64,000 bases of DNA from Nitrospirota bacterium (GCA_963701855.1 CAVPBK010000001.1:146579-210578), one strand, 5' to 3'; positions 40,420 through 50,338 are shown, counted from the stretch's first letter. The notes: generated from the sequence alone by a model not told the origin. Translations and numbers: made by a program.

Positions 40420-42322
40420 AGCCCTGATCGCTAGACATTTGTGTGATCTTTTGCCGTCGCAACTCCAAGCGCGAGTATTAGGAGATCATGCTTTCATATC
40501 TCAGTATGGTCCGCTCTCGCGGACGATTGTGACCATCGGCGCTGGTATTTCCATTGATCAACTTGAGCTACTTGCTGCTGTGCGTCGTGTGCTTGCTGGC
40601 AAGGGCAATCAAAGTGTGAACGATGTCTCTGCTCGTCAGCTCCTCGTTACGGCTGATCGTCACACTGTCACTCTAAAGGGGGTGGAGCAGAAAGAGCTGA
40701 ACCAGATAGCTGATCTTCCCGACCTTATGGTTCTTTCGCCCAACCGTGATCACCGGATGTTCGCACTAAATCGTGTGATCGACAATCTTGGCCCAACAAC
40801 TCCTGACTTTTCCGCATTGCAGATGGCAGCTGAGGAGCGTGAACTCACTGACGCGGAAATTGCAGATCTATTAGAAGAGATCAGTACTGGACTCGAAGCT
40901 CACCGAGCAAGAATCGCGTTGGCGCACACCTCAGACCAAATCCAGCTCGACGATATCGTGCCAGATTCCCTTGCTTATTTTGAACGTTTCTGTGGACCGA
41001 ACCCACGTAACGCTATACCAGAGGAGTACCTGACTGGGATATTGCCTGCATACAGGCGACAATTGCTAGGCAGAAATATTGCGCGAGGGCTGGAGATCTG
41101 CCTGCTTGGTGCTCTGCGGGACGATCTTATGCCAGCTGCTTGGACTGGCGAGATAAATGATGACGACATATGGAAGGCACTAGAGACAATCGATACGCGG
41201 GCTAACCCATTTATGCTTCTTGGTGTACTAGATATCGCGATCACTCGTCAGCATGACGAGCGATACAAGACATTGGCAGCCGAGACGATGAGAAAACTTG
41301 TGCAGGAGCAATTGCCCCGTCCAGATGGTGTTGACTGCTATGAGATCCTCCCTCTGTTTGCACAGCTTGTCTTGGACCGCATTAACGTACTTGAAGACGG
41401 AGCCTTGTGTGAACCATTTTGGAAACGGATGTGTGCATGGATGCATGCTGGCTTACTAATGCAGTCAACTCTGCATATACAGATCAAATTGGAAGCGTTG
41501 CGCGGATGGGTTCACTCTAATCGAGATATGGCTGGAACCTATGCTCAGATGATTGATCTGCATCGTGAGCCGATGTATCGAGCAGGGGAAATCTCACATT
41601 CCCTACTTCGAGAAGAAATCATAGGTAGGCTCGTGATACTCAGGGTTAGACACCAGGCCGCTGGTCGCTCGGTACCACACTCTGAGGATGTTGACGCGGC
41701 TATGACACGCCTTGCCAGCAAGGGCTCCCCGCTAGGCTGGGCAATGCCAGGACCTCTAGATGGGCATCGTAGGCCAGCTGATCAGAAGGGGCGTGCCCTG
41801 TCAGAAACCGATGTTAGCCATGTTATGAAAGAGCTTTCAAAGGATCCTTATGGTGCAATCTGGTCCAAGTTGGCATACTTTTCTCAATGTTTTGACCTCG
41901 GTGAGAAGATCCTGGAACGGGCATGTGAGGCAAGTGCAAGTACAGCCTTGGATGTTGAGCAGTCGGAGAGAGAGAACAAACTCGGTCGGCTTTTCGATAT
42001 CTGTCTTATAGCTGCAGCCCACCGGAATAAAGATTTGGCGCGCTCAATCTCCGCCGCGGCCCTAGCGAGAGCACCGCGGGCAGTAGATGGAAGTTCGGCA
42101 ATGTCGATCCTTCATATCCTTTTACTCGCCAGCGCAGCATTTGAGCATGAGGACGAGTGGTCCTCATGGATTGGAGAACAACTCGTAGGTCTTGCTTACA
42201 ATCTACCGTCAGGTGAAGCAACTAGAGTCCTTCGGGAACATTTGAACGAAATCAAGAGAGTCCTACCGATTAGCTCACCAGTCTGTTCACGCGCAGACGC
42301 AGTGGCATCAGCAGCAAATTGA
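40406..42322 (+). CDS. large hypothetical protein (638 aa), coupled to the TPR-PIN-like gene
   Basis: intact ORF overlapping the upstream stop by 14 bp; no recognisable motif. Confidence 0.8.
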   Translation: MGVDRALIARHLCDLLPSQLQARVLGDHAFISQYGPLSRTIVTIGAGISIDQLELLAAVRRVLAGKGNQSVNDVSARQLLVTADRHTVTLKGVEQKELNQIADLPDLMVLSPNRDHRMFALNRVIDNLGPTTPDFSALQMAAEERELTDAEIADLLEEISTGLEAHRARIALAHTSDQIQLDDIVPDSLAYFERFCGPNPRNAIPEEYLTGILPAYRRQLLGRNIARGLEICLLGALRDDLMPAAWTGEINDDDIWKALETIDTRANPFMLLGVLDIAITRQHDERYKTLAAETMRKLVQEQLPRPDGVDCYEILPLFAQLVLDRINVLEDGALCEPFWKRMCAWMHAGLLMQSTLHIQIKLEALRGWVHSNRDMAGTYAQMIDLHREPMYRAGEISHSLLREEIIGRLVILRVRHQAAGRSVPHSEDVDAAMTRLASKGSPLGWAMPGPLDGHRRPADQKGRALSETDVSHVMKELSKDPYGAIWSKLAYFSQCFDLGEKILERACEASASTALDVEQSERENKLGRLFDICLIAAAHRNKDLARSISAAALARAPRAVDGSSAMSILHILLLASAAFEHEDEWSSWIGEQLVGLAYNLPSGEATRVLREHLNEIKRVLPISSPVCSRADAVASAAN

Positions 42323-42826
42323 GAGAAAGAAGCGCTGTCAGGAAATGTTTTCGACTCATTCAAACGGCGTCCACCAAATATATGAAGAAGATCTCACGAA
42401 ATTTCCCTATTCTTAATGGTCCTTCAAAAACTGTATTAGTGGACATTGCACAGCAAGGATCAGACGGGGCAGGTGTAAATGCTACCTACTACCGTGCTCA
42501 GCATGATGAATACTTAGATCTCTTGGATAAACTTGAAAGGGTGGGGTTCTTACGGAAAGAGCTGGATAGATATTGGGTGACTTTTCAGGGGCTAATCCTA
42601 CTCAAGGATGAGAAGTCCTATGCTCTCATTAGGAACTGCGAAAACATATTTGCGGTGCTCCAACAGCACTACAAATCTAAGCCAAAAACTAAGATACTGG
42701 TTGCGGACCTCGCGGGCATAGCCAAGCTATCTTTTGGTCAAACTGCTGAATGTTTGGGGTATATGTGTGAATTCCATTTTACGGGTAGCCATACTACTTT
42801 TTTTGACGATCCCGCCACCTCGTTTA

Positions 42827-43370
42827 ATGAAGCTCCCCGCAGCAAGCTGCGGGGTATCACAGAACTAAAACATCCGGAGCTGACGAAGATCTTCCTGCGG
42901 CTGCCCTTGCCGCTGCACGTACCGTTCGACAGTCTGCCAGTTTGCCCGTTCCCCTACCGTGGCCACGTAGTACCCATCGGTCCCAAACTCCCCGCCCCAC
43001 AGTACCCGCTTCACCGCGGGCTTTCGGCGAAAGATCTCCCGCGCCGTGATGCTCTTGAATATCTGCACAATCCGGCCTGGAGCCACTTTCGGATGTGCAC
43101 TGCAGAGCAGATGGATATGATTCTTGTCCGTCCCGATCGCCTCCATCTCGATCGGAAACCGTTCCGCGATCTCGGCCGCCGTCTCCTGGATAATCGTCGT
43201 CACCACCTCATCCAACAGCGATTTCCGGTATTTCACGGGAAAAACAATATGGTAGTGGATTTGCCACGCACAGTGCGCTCCCTTTCTGACTGCCTCGCTC
43301 CTCTGGTCCGCCATACTCCAGAGGGTACCAGAAAAGATTGTCCCCGTAGCAAGCTACGGGGAATCACAAG
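42827..43370 (-). mobile_element. IS200/IS605-family element (tnpA only)
   Basis: subterminal hairpins CCCCGCAGCAAGCTGCGGGG and CCCCGTAGCAAGCTACGGGG; 544-bp excision restores the host frame (ends +/-1). Confidence 0.9.
42865..43314 (-). CDS. tnpA: IS200 Y1 (HUH) transposase
   Basis: YHIVFPVKYR, NHIHLL (HUH), YVQRQ catalytic Tyr. Confidence 0.95.
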   Translation of the reverse strand: MADQRSEAVRKGAHCAWQIHYHIVFPVKYRKSLLDEVVTTIIQETAAEIAERFPIEMEAIGTDKNHIHLLCSAHPKVAPGRIVQIFKSITAREIFRRKPAVKRVLWGGEFGTDGYYVATVGERANWQTVERYVQRQGQPQEDLRQLRMF

Positions 43371-44020
43371 TTGAACCAGCTGAAACAATTCTAAGGTACA
43401 GCAGCTTCAAAGAGATTGTTGACGAAAGGATCTTGCTGAAGCAGAAACAAGAGCAAAAGACTTCGAGTCGCAACTATAAATTCTTGCCGAGTCCGCTTCA
43501 TAGTGAGGGGCAGGAAGATTTGCTTCAAGCGGCTGGTCTTGTTGGCTCCTTTAATGCTAATGACGCATGGAAGGCGATAAAGAGTGCTTACGATACAGAC
43601 AAGAAAGCATTTGGGAGAAGAATTCGGTTTGTTTCGGATGCATTCAAAAGAGAAATCATCTTCCGTGACGTTGCACAAGCATTTCTCTTGGCAGAAGCCG
43701 GATTCTCTAAGCCTGCGGTCATACTTGCTGGCAGTGTACTTGAGGAACTTCTGAGACTCTTCTTGGAATTCAAGAAGGTCACGCCAATAAAGGAGACATT
43801 CGATGGCTACATTAGGACATGTGTAGATAAGAGACTCCTCAAGTCCCCTGTCCATCAGTTGACTGATTCTGTCCGTCAATTTCGAAATCTAGTGCATTTG
43901 GAGGTGGAGAGCTCTTCAAAGCACACAATTTCGAAAGCAACTGCCAAAGGCGCTGTTTGACCCTCCCCTGATTTCATAGACACCTCCATAAGTGGGAGAA
44001 TGATGAAATCGGAGGTCAGC

Positions 44021-44317
44021 ATGCCAAAAATAACGCGACGTCAGTTTACTGACGCATTCAAGTCCGAGGCAGTCCGGCTCACGCGGGAATCGGGCCGGCC
44101 GGTGGCCCAGGTGGCTCGGGAACTTGGGATTTCTGACAATGTGCTGTATCGCTGGAGGAGCGAACAGCAACAGGTCGAATCCCAGGGCCGCACGCGCCAG
44201 GCGGTGCGGGTCGAGCAGGACGAGCTGACACGGCTCAAACGAGAAAACGAGACGCTGCGGAAGGAACGGGATTTTTTAAAACGTGCGGCGGCGTTCTTCG
44301 CGAGGGAATCCCAATGA
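44021..44317 (+). CDS. IS3 OrfA
   Basis: HTH (VAQVARELGIS..LYRW) and coiled coil; GGAGG RBS. Confidence 0.92.
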   Translation: MPKITRRQFTDAFKSEAVRLTRESGRPVAQVARELGISDNVLYRWRSEQQQVESQGRTRQAVRVEQDELTRLKRENETLRKERDFLKRAAAFFARESQ

Positions 44318-45177
44318 GATACCGCGCGATCCAGGAGCATGACCGTCGCTATCCGATCCGGTTGATGTGCCGCGCCCTCGCTGTATCGGCTGCGGGCTAT
44401 TACGCGTGGCGCATACGGCCCGAGAGTACCCGTTCGGTGTCCGCCCGGACCGTGCTCTCGGCCATCCGGGTGATCCATCGAGAGTCCCGCGAGACCTACG
44501 GCAGTCCCAGCATCTGGGACGCCTTGATCAAGCAGGGACACCGCATCGGTGAACATCGCGTGGCCCGGTTGATGCGCCAGGACGGCATCCGTGCCAAGAC
44601 CGTGAAGAAGTGGCGAGCCACGACGCAGTCCCATCATCGGTTCCCCGTGGCGGCGAACACCCTCAATCGCCAGTTCACGGTCGAGGCTCCAAATCGGGTA
44701 TGGGCCGGGGACCTCACCTACGTGTGGACTACCGAGGGCTGGCTCTACCTCGCCGTCATCCTCGACCTCTACTCGCGCACCGTGATTGGCTGGGCCATGG
44801 GCACCAGGCTCATCGGAGATCTGGCCGAACGTGCCCTCATCATGGCGCTGGCGAACCGGATACCCGCGACTGGGCTCCTGCACCATTCGGATCGCGGCAG
44901 TCAGTACGCCGCCACGAGCTACCAGCGTCTGCTCGGCGAGTATGGCATCATCACCAGCATGAGCCGCACCGGCAACTGCTGGGACAACGCCTGTGTCGAG
45001 AGCTTCTTCGGGACACTCAAGCGCGAGCTCGTCTACCATCGGCATTACGCAACCCGTGAAGACGCGAAGCAAGACATCTTCGAGTACATTGAGGTGTTCT
45101 ATAATCGGAAGCGCCGTCACTCGACCCTTGGCTATGTCTCCCCGGCCGAGTACGAAGCGAGGACGGCTGTGGCTTAA
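44314..45177 (+). CDS. IS3 OrfB DDE transposase
   Basis: WAGDLTY, HHSDRGSQY, DNACVESFFGTLKRE. Confidence 0.95.
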   Translation: MRYRAIQEHDRRYPIRLMCRALAVSAAGYYAWRIRPESTRSVSARTVLSAIRVIHRESRETYGSPSIWDALIKQGHRIGEHRVARLMRQDGIRAKTVKKWRATTQSHHRFPVAANTLNRQFTVEAPNRVWAGDLTYVWTTEGWLYLAVILDLYSRTVIGWAMGTRLIGDLAERALIMALANRIPATGLLHHSDRGSQYAATSYQRLLGEYGIITSMSRTGNCWDNACVESFFGTLKRELVYHRHYATREDAKQDIFEYIEVFYNRKRRHSTLGYVSPAEYEARTAVA

Positions 45178-45374
45178 CCCGGTGTCCACGGAATCGGGGG
45201 AAGGTCAGTTTCTGCTATCTTTACGATCGTGAATGACTTTGATCAGGACTGATGGTTGGTCTGGTCTATCTTGTTTGTCAATCTTCCCCCTAGTCAAAAA
45301 AAGAAAAGGCACCGGGAGTCTTTTTTCGCTACACAGCCCACCGTTTCTCTATCTTCTCCTTTGGGAGCGGGCTA

Positions 45375-46397
45375 GAGCGTTTTTGGTTTATGTCTTTACA
45401 TAGCCTGAGGATGCAAAGTAGCGCGTGCATTCGTCGGGTGTGAAGCGGTCAAGCAGCCTCCCGATTTCATTCCAGAGCGCGTCCACGATGCGCGTGGCGG
45501 CTTTGCGGAGCAGCGCTTTGAGTTTGGCGAACAGTTTTTCGATGGGATTCAGATCGGGGGAATACGGCGGGAGATAGCGGATGTGTGCCCCCACCGCCTC
45601 ATGCGCCTCTTTGACGCCCGCCACTTTGTGACTCCGTAAGTTGTCGGCGATGACGATGTCGCCCGAGTGCAGCGTCGGGCATAAGCACTCCTGGACATAT
45701 TTTAGAAAGAGGGCTCCCGTCATGGCGCCATCCGCCACCATCGGCGCGGAGATGTCATCATGACGCAGCCCAGCAACGAAGGTGGTGGTGTGCCAATGTC
45801 CGTGCGGTACAGAGGCAACGCACCGTTCGCCGCATGGGGCGCGTCCGTAGCGCCGCGCCATGTTCGTCGATGCCCCCGTTTCATCTAGAAAGACCAGTTT
45901 CGTGATGTCCAGAGCGGGTTGGGATGCCTGCCACTCACGCCGTGCGGCTTGCACGTCGGCGCGATCTCGCTCGCTGGCGTGTAGGGTTTTTTTTAAGCGT
46001 GAGCTTCCATTTGTCGAGTTGATGCCACAAGGCGGGTACCTTAATCGCAATCCCGTGTGCTGCCAATCGGGCACACATCTCCGCGAGTGTCAGATCTCCT
46101 GTTTCCTTCAGCCAAGCCCGCAGGGTCGGCTCCATCCCAGCCAACCGGGACTGCCGATGGCCTCCAATTGGTCGACTGCCACGCTGTCCCGTCTGCGTGA
46201 GTCGGTTCCGCACCTGATACACCCAGACCCGGCTGACTTCAAATCGCTCTGCAATGGCCGTCGGACGATCCCCACGCTCCAGTGCTCGCAACACCCGGTC
46301 CCGTAGATCCTGCGAATAGGCATCCATCCTGTTACCTCCATCAAGAACACAATGGAGGGTATCCTACAGAATGTATACACTTAAATCAAAACTGCTC
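45375..46397 (-). mobile_element. IS630-family insertion sequence
   Basis: imperfect TIRs GAGCGTTTTTGGTTTA / GAGCAGTTTTGATTTA flanked by TA (CTAG context). Confidence 0.88.
45388..46327 (-). CDS. IS630 transposase (two ORFs joined by a probable -1 frameshift)
   Basis: MDAYSQDLRDRV HTH; A8 run at 45987-45994; FLDET, IADNL, LPPYSPDLNPIE. Confidence 0.9.
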
Positions 46398-46406
46398 TAG
46401 AGAGTC

Positions 46407-46610
46407 GCCCACTGCGCGTGACATTCTCACCCGCCCACCCACTGGCACGCCGAGACGTGCCATTAGCCCGAGCGAGGGTCTTCCCATGTTTCCTATTTTG
46501 CCCTCAGGGGAGTCGCCAGACTATCCTTCACTGCGCGCATCGGACGAGCACCATTCCATCGTGCGCGTTCTGCGAGCACAAAGGATGGTCTGGCGACCCC
46601 CCGCTCCCCC
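46407..46610 (+). repeat. palindromic element, structured core copy B
   Basis: GTCGCCAGACTATCCTT-CACTGCGCGCATCGGACGAGCAC..GTGCGCGTTCTGCGAGCACA-AAGGATGGTCTGGCGAC. Confidence 0.75.
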
Positions 46611-46669
46611 TTCTGAGCCCGCGCGTCCGTGGCGAATTACGATTCGCTCGCAAGCCGAGAGCTCTTGCT

Positions 46670-47119
46670 CTATTGAAAGAGCAACGAGACTGAGCCATCC
46701 TTTGCGACCTTGGCGATAAACGGTTTCGTGTGGTTCTTCAGAAACCGGGTGATGCGGGGGAGTGCCTTCACGAAGATCTCTGCCATTTCTTCGCCTTGTA
46801 GATCACCTGATGTGAGGATAAATGCCGCTACGCCTGCCTTCATGAGCGCCAGCCGTTCAACGTGTCGATACCGGATGCGATGGTCTTTGGTCAGGACAAT
46901 CCAGCCGCGCTGCCCGGCCTCGACGAGCCAGTCTTCATCCTTGGCATCGGGAGAAAAGTGATCGTCGTGGATGTGGAGCGTGGCGCCAGCCTGGCGGAGC
47001 GCTGTGGCGACACGGTTCTTCCCCAGAGAACGATCAAGGAAGAAGACGGGCGCGTCAGGCGGCTTCGACGGAGAGTTCGCACCTGATGGCTTCTTCGATT
47101 TCGAGCCGCCGCCGTCCAT
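46670..47119 (-). CDS. VapC45-like PIN toxin
   Basis: FFLDRSLG, DAKDEDWL..GWIVLTKDHRIRY; overlaps the DUF433 gene; start uncertain. Confidence 0.85.
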   Translation of the reverse strand: MDGGGSKSKKPSGANSPSKPPDAPVFFLDRSLGKNRVATALRQAGATLHIHDDHFSPDAKDEDWLVEAGQRGWIVLTKDHRIRYRHVERLALMKAGVAAFILTSGDLQGEEMAEIFVKALPRITRFLKNHTKPFIAKVAKDGSVSLLFQ

Positions 47120-47774
47120 AATCGTCTGCCAAGTCGTCCACGGATTCGCCGGCCTTGTAGCGTTCCGCGATCACAGCCGTTGGAATACCGGTGCCTGCCA
47201 GCACAGGCCGGCCAAAGGATACTTGTGGATCAATGACGACGGCCCTGGGCTCTTCTTGGAGGTCGCGTTTCCGCGTGAACGGATACAGTCTGACTGGGAT
47301 GCCCTTGAGATCTCGTTCGATTCGATGGAGGTGTGCCTGGAGGACTTCTTGGATGGCCAATTGTCCTTCTTGAGAGATGTTGATCAATTGACTGAATTTC
47401 TTGATGAAGAGGTTCAATCCATCGGTGTCGAATTCCTGGTCGGCCAAGGGATGTCTCGAAGGAAATTGTTTCGAGAGGTAGTTCATCGCAGTTTTGACTT
47501 TTTCCAATGGGATCTCATGCTTGCGGCGAATGGCATCGAGAACGTGGATCTCTACGAGATTCATGAAGGAGAGCAACTTCACGGCTGGATCGGGCACCTG
47601 GATGATTGGTCTGGAGAAGCGCATGCCGGTGGTGCTGCGGTAATGCCGGCCTGAAACCCAGTCTCGGATGGTCGTGCGTGGAATGCGCAGATAATGTGCG
47701 GCTTCCATGACGCCATAGGAAGCTACTTCTCGCACATCAAAGTGTTTGTCGAACGCTATCGCCTTCTGTTTCAT
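47055..47774 (-). CDS. DUF433 / VapB45-like antitoxin
   Basis: N-terminal HTH (EAAHYLRIPRTTIRDW), LSFMNLVE, IDPQVSFGRPV..AGESVDDLADDY. Confidence 0.88.
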   Translation of the reverse strand: MKQKAIAFDKHFDVREVASYGVMEAAHYLRIPRTTIRDWVSGRHYRSTTGMRFSRPIIQVPDPAVKLLSFMNLVEIHVLDAIRRKHEIPLEKVKTAMNYLSKQFPSRHPLADQEFDTDGLNLFIKKFSQLINISQEGQLAIQEVLQAHLHRIERDLKGIPVRLYPFTRKRDLQEEPRAVVIDPQVSFGRPVLAGTGIPTAVIAERYKAGESVDDLADDYGRRRLEIEEAIRCELSVEAA

Positions 47775-47865
47775 ACGATTGGTAGGCACTGTATCGCTCT
47801 CTTCATGACCGGTCAAGTAGCGGGAAGCTGAATGCAAGGGATCGGGAGTCTTTTCTCGCCGCAAC

Positions 47866-48054
47866 GACCAGACTGTCCTTCACTGCGCACGTCAAACGAG
47901 CACGCTTTACAATGCTCCCTCCAAGCTCGCTCGTCACCTCTCAGGGATGGGGGCTGACTGATCTTCCACTGCGCGCGTCCAACGAGGGCCTTCTCAGGCC
48001 GCGCGTTGCGCGAGCACAGAAGATCATCAGGCTCCATCCCTCTTCTTCTTGCTA
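47866..48054 (+). repeat. palindromic element, partial core plus full core copy C
   Basis: GGATGGGGGCTGACTGATCTTC-CACTGCGCGCGTCCAACGAG..GCGCGTTGCGCGAGCACA-GAAGATCATCAGGCTCCATCC. Confidence 0.75.
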
Positions 48055-48486
48055 CCGGATGGTCGGTTCCAAGCTGACTCTCGCCTTCATGGAGTTGGAA
48101 ATCAGACAGTTCGCCTCGGCTTTCTCGATCAACTCCTTGGCTTTGGCCGCATCAGTGCTCGCCGGAAGCGTGATGGTTGGCTTCAACGTAATGGCAGTGA
48201 ACTGGAATTTTCCATCGACCAATTCCAGCCGCCCTTCGGCCACACTCTCGTACGAGGTAAAGGCCAGACCTGCCCGCTCCGCCACCGCCAAGAACGTCGT
48301 CATCAGACAGATATTGGCGGACGCGACGAATAGATCCTCCGGTGACCAGATGCCTTCGTGCCCCTTGAACTCCGGCGGAGTTGCAACCTGGATATCCGGT
48401 TTACCGGCACAGGAGATAACTCCCTTGCGTTGCTCCGTCCATTTGATTGCGGTGTGATAGGTGTAGACCTTGCTGCGAACTTCCAT
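48052..48486 (-). CDS. OsmC family protein
   Basis: PPEFKG..WSPEDLFVASANICLMTTF, AEANCLISNS. Confidence 0.9.
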   Translation of the reverse strand: MEVRSKVYTYHTAIKWTEQRKGVISCAGKPDIQVATPPEFKGHEGIWSPEDLFVASANICLMTTFLAVAERAGLAFTSYESVAEGRLELVDGKFQFTAITLKPTITLPASTDAAKAKELIEKAEANCLISNSMKARVSLEPTIR

Positions 48487-48522
48487 CCTGTGCCTCCTCT
48501 ATTCATCCCCTGATACGTCTCC

Positions 48523-50166
48523 TCATGCAGTTCCAAGCGCTTTCAGGTGCTCCGAAAGACGAAGATTCTCGCTGTAATCCACCTGGCAGTCGATCACGGC
48601 CGGTTTTCCGCACGAGAGCGCGGCGTTCAGTACCGGCTCCAATTCAGACGGTCCCTCGACGCGGTAACCGATCGCTCCAAAACTCTGTGCCAAGGCAACG
48701 AAGTCCGGGTTGCCGAACTCAACACCGGAGGTCCTCCCGAACTTCATCTGCTGCTTCCATCGAATGACCCCGTAGCCGTTGTCACGCCAGATCAGCACAA
48801 CGAGTGGAAGGTGCAGTCGTACAGCGGTCTCCAGTTCCTGGACATTCATCAGGAACCCGCCGTCCCCTGTCACAGCCACGACGCGCCTCGCGGGACAGAG
48901 GAGCTTGGCCGCAATGGCCCCAGGCAGCGCCATACCCATCGCCGCAAATCCGTTGGAAATGATGCACGTGTTCGGGACCTCGCAGGGAAACATCCGGGCC
49001 ATCCATAACTTATGCGCCCCCACGTCGCAGATGACCAGATCCTCCGGCGCCAGCGCCTGTCGCAGATCGCGAACGATATGCTGAGGTCGCAGGGGCCATC
49101 CAGATGGCTGCGCCCACTCCCTTTCGTAGGCGGTCTGCACGCGCCGGCGACTCTCTTCGGCCCAGGCAAGATCGAACGAAGCAAGCTGCTTGCCGATCTG
49201 ATCGAGGGATAAGGCGATATCTCCCAATACGCCGACATCCACAATATAGTGCGCATCCACCTCGGCCGGCGACACATCCACATGCACGATATGCTTGTCG
49301 CGGTTCGGATTCCACAAGCAGGGAGCGTACTCCACAAAATCATACCCCACCGCCACAACGGCATCGCTCTGCTCGATCACCACAGCCGGATGATCCCGCA
49401 TCTGTAATCCAATTGTATGGAGAGACAACGGATCACTGTCTGGAACGACACCCTTGCTCATGAACGTATGGACCACCGGCACGTTCGCCTGTCGGGCGAA
49501 CCGGCGGACCGCCTCATGCGCCTGACCCCGGATCACCCCGTTGCCGACCAAGAGGATTGGCCGACGTGCCTGAGCCAAGACCTCGACAGCCCGGTTCACT
49601 TGGCGCGCCAGCGGCTCCGGCAAGGACGGCGCCTGCACACGCAACGGCCCGTCCAGCTCACCATCACTCACCGTGTCCGCCGCGACGTCCTCCGGCAGTT
49701 CCAGATGGGTCGAGCCGGGCTTTTCGGTCTGCGCGACCTTGAACGCTTTGCGCACCGTCTCGGCCATGGTCCGGGGATGAAAGATCTCGGCGTTCCATTT
49801 CGTGACCGGCTTGAACATGGACAAGACGTCGATGAACTGATGCGATTCTTTGTGCTTCCGATCCAGCGAGGCTTGTCCCGTGATCGCAACCAGCGGGGCG
49901 CGATCCAGATACGCGTCTGCCACACCGGTGAGCAAATTGGTTGCACCGGGCCCCAGAGTAGAGAAACAGACCCCGGCCTTTCCTGTCAGCCGCCCATGGA
50001 CATCGGCCATGAAGGCCGCGCCTTGCTCGTGTCGGACGGCAATAAACCGGATCTGCGAATCCACGAGCGAGTTCAAGACGTCCAGCGTCTCTTCTCCGGG
50101 CACGCCGAAGATCCACTGGACTCCTTCATTTTCCAAACAACGCAGCAGTAGCTCCGACCCTTTCAT
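48523..50166 (-). CDS. acetolactate synthase large subunit (ThDP-dependent)
   Basis: FGVPGEE, RHEQGAAFMAD, GPGATN, GDGGFLMN..RDNGYG. Confidence 0.9.
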   Translation of the reverse strand: MKGSELLLRCLENEGVQWIFGVPGEETLDVLNSLVDSQIRFIAVRHEQGAAFMADVHGRLTGKAGVCFSTLGPGATNLLTGVADAYLDRAPLVAITGQASLDRKHKESHQFIDVLSMFKPVTKWNAEIFHPRTMAETVRKAFKVAQTEKPGSTHLELPEDVAADTVSDGELDGPLRVQAPSLPEPLARQVNRAVEVLAQARRPILLVGNGVIRGQAHEAVRRFARQANVPVVHTFMSKGVVPDSDPLSLHTIGLQMRDHPAVVIEQSDAVVAVGYDFVEYAPCLWNPNRDKHIVHVDVSPAEVDAHYIVDVGVLGDIALSLDQIGKQLASFDLAWAEESRRRVQTAYEREWAQPSGWPLRPQHIVRDLRQALAPEDLVICDVGAHKLWMARMFPCEVPNTCIISNGFAAMGMALPGAIAAKLLCPARRVVAVTGDGGFLMNVQELETAVRLHLPLVVLIWRDNGYGVIRWKQQMKFGRTSGVEFGNPDFVALAQSFGAIGYRVEGPSELEPVLNAALSCGKPAVIDCQVDYSENLRLSEHLKALGTA

Positions 50167-50175
50167 GATTATCCC

Positions 50176-50250
50176 TTCTTCTGGTCTCTCTGGTTTATCC
50201 GGTTAGTCTGGTTCAACCAACAAACGAGACAATGCATATAAACCAGATCA
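50176..50250. repeat. 9-nt-periodic palindromic repeat
   Basis: TCTGGTCTCTCTGGTTTATCCGGTTAGTCTGGTTCAACCAACAAACGAGAC. Confidence 0.7.
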
Positions 50251-50338
50251 TCCCTCGCCCGTCCCGTGCCCCTGCCCACAACGTGTCGGCCATTCCACCT
50301 TCTGCTGTGCCGAAATGGTTTTCCCACAGTCTGCGGGA

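Larger units (their letters stand above)
43958..45207 (+). mobile_element. IS3-family insertion sequence, complete
   Basis: IRL TGACCCTCCCCTGATTTCATAGACACC / IRR reverse complement TGACCTTCCCCCGATTCCGTGGACACC; 3-bp target duplication GTT. Confidence 0.95.
42382..45252 (+). pseudogene. HEPN-like (DUF4145-like) protein interrupted by IS200 and IS3
   Basis: removing 42827-43370 and 43958-45210 restores a 357-codon ORF ending ..VRQFRNLVH..KGAVSAIFTIVNDFDQD*; AVILAGSVLEELL plus RxxRNxxH is HEPN-like. Confidence 0.75.

Noticed and set aside
42319..43374. 351-aa ORF as a real gene
   Set aside because: It is a chimera of the host gene's 5' part reading through the antisense strand of IS200 tnpA.
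44041..45189. 382-aa minus-strand ORF inside IS3
   Set aside because: It is an antisense shadow of orfA/orfB.
46497..46602. Covarying hairpins as integron attC sites
   Set aside because: They lack RYYYAAC/GTTRRRY ends, do not delimit a cassette array, and no integrase is present.
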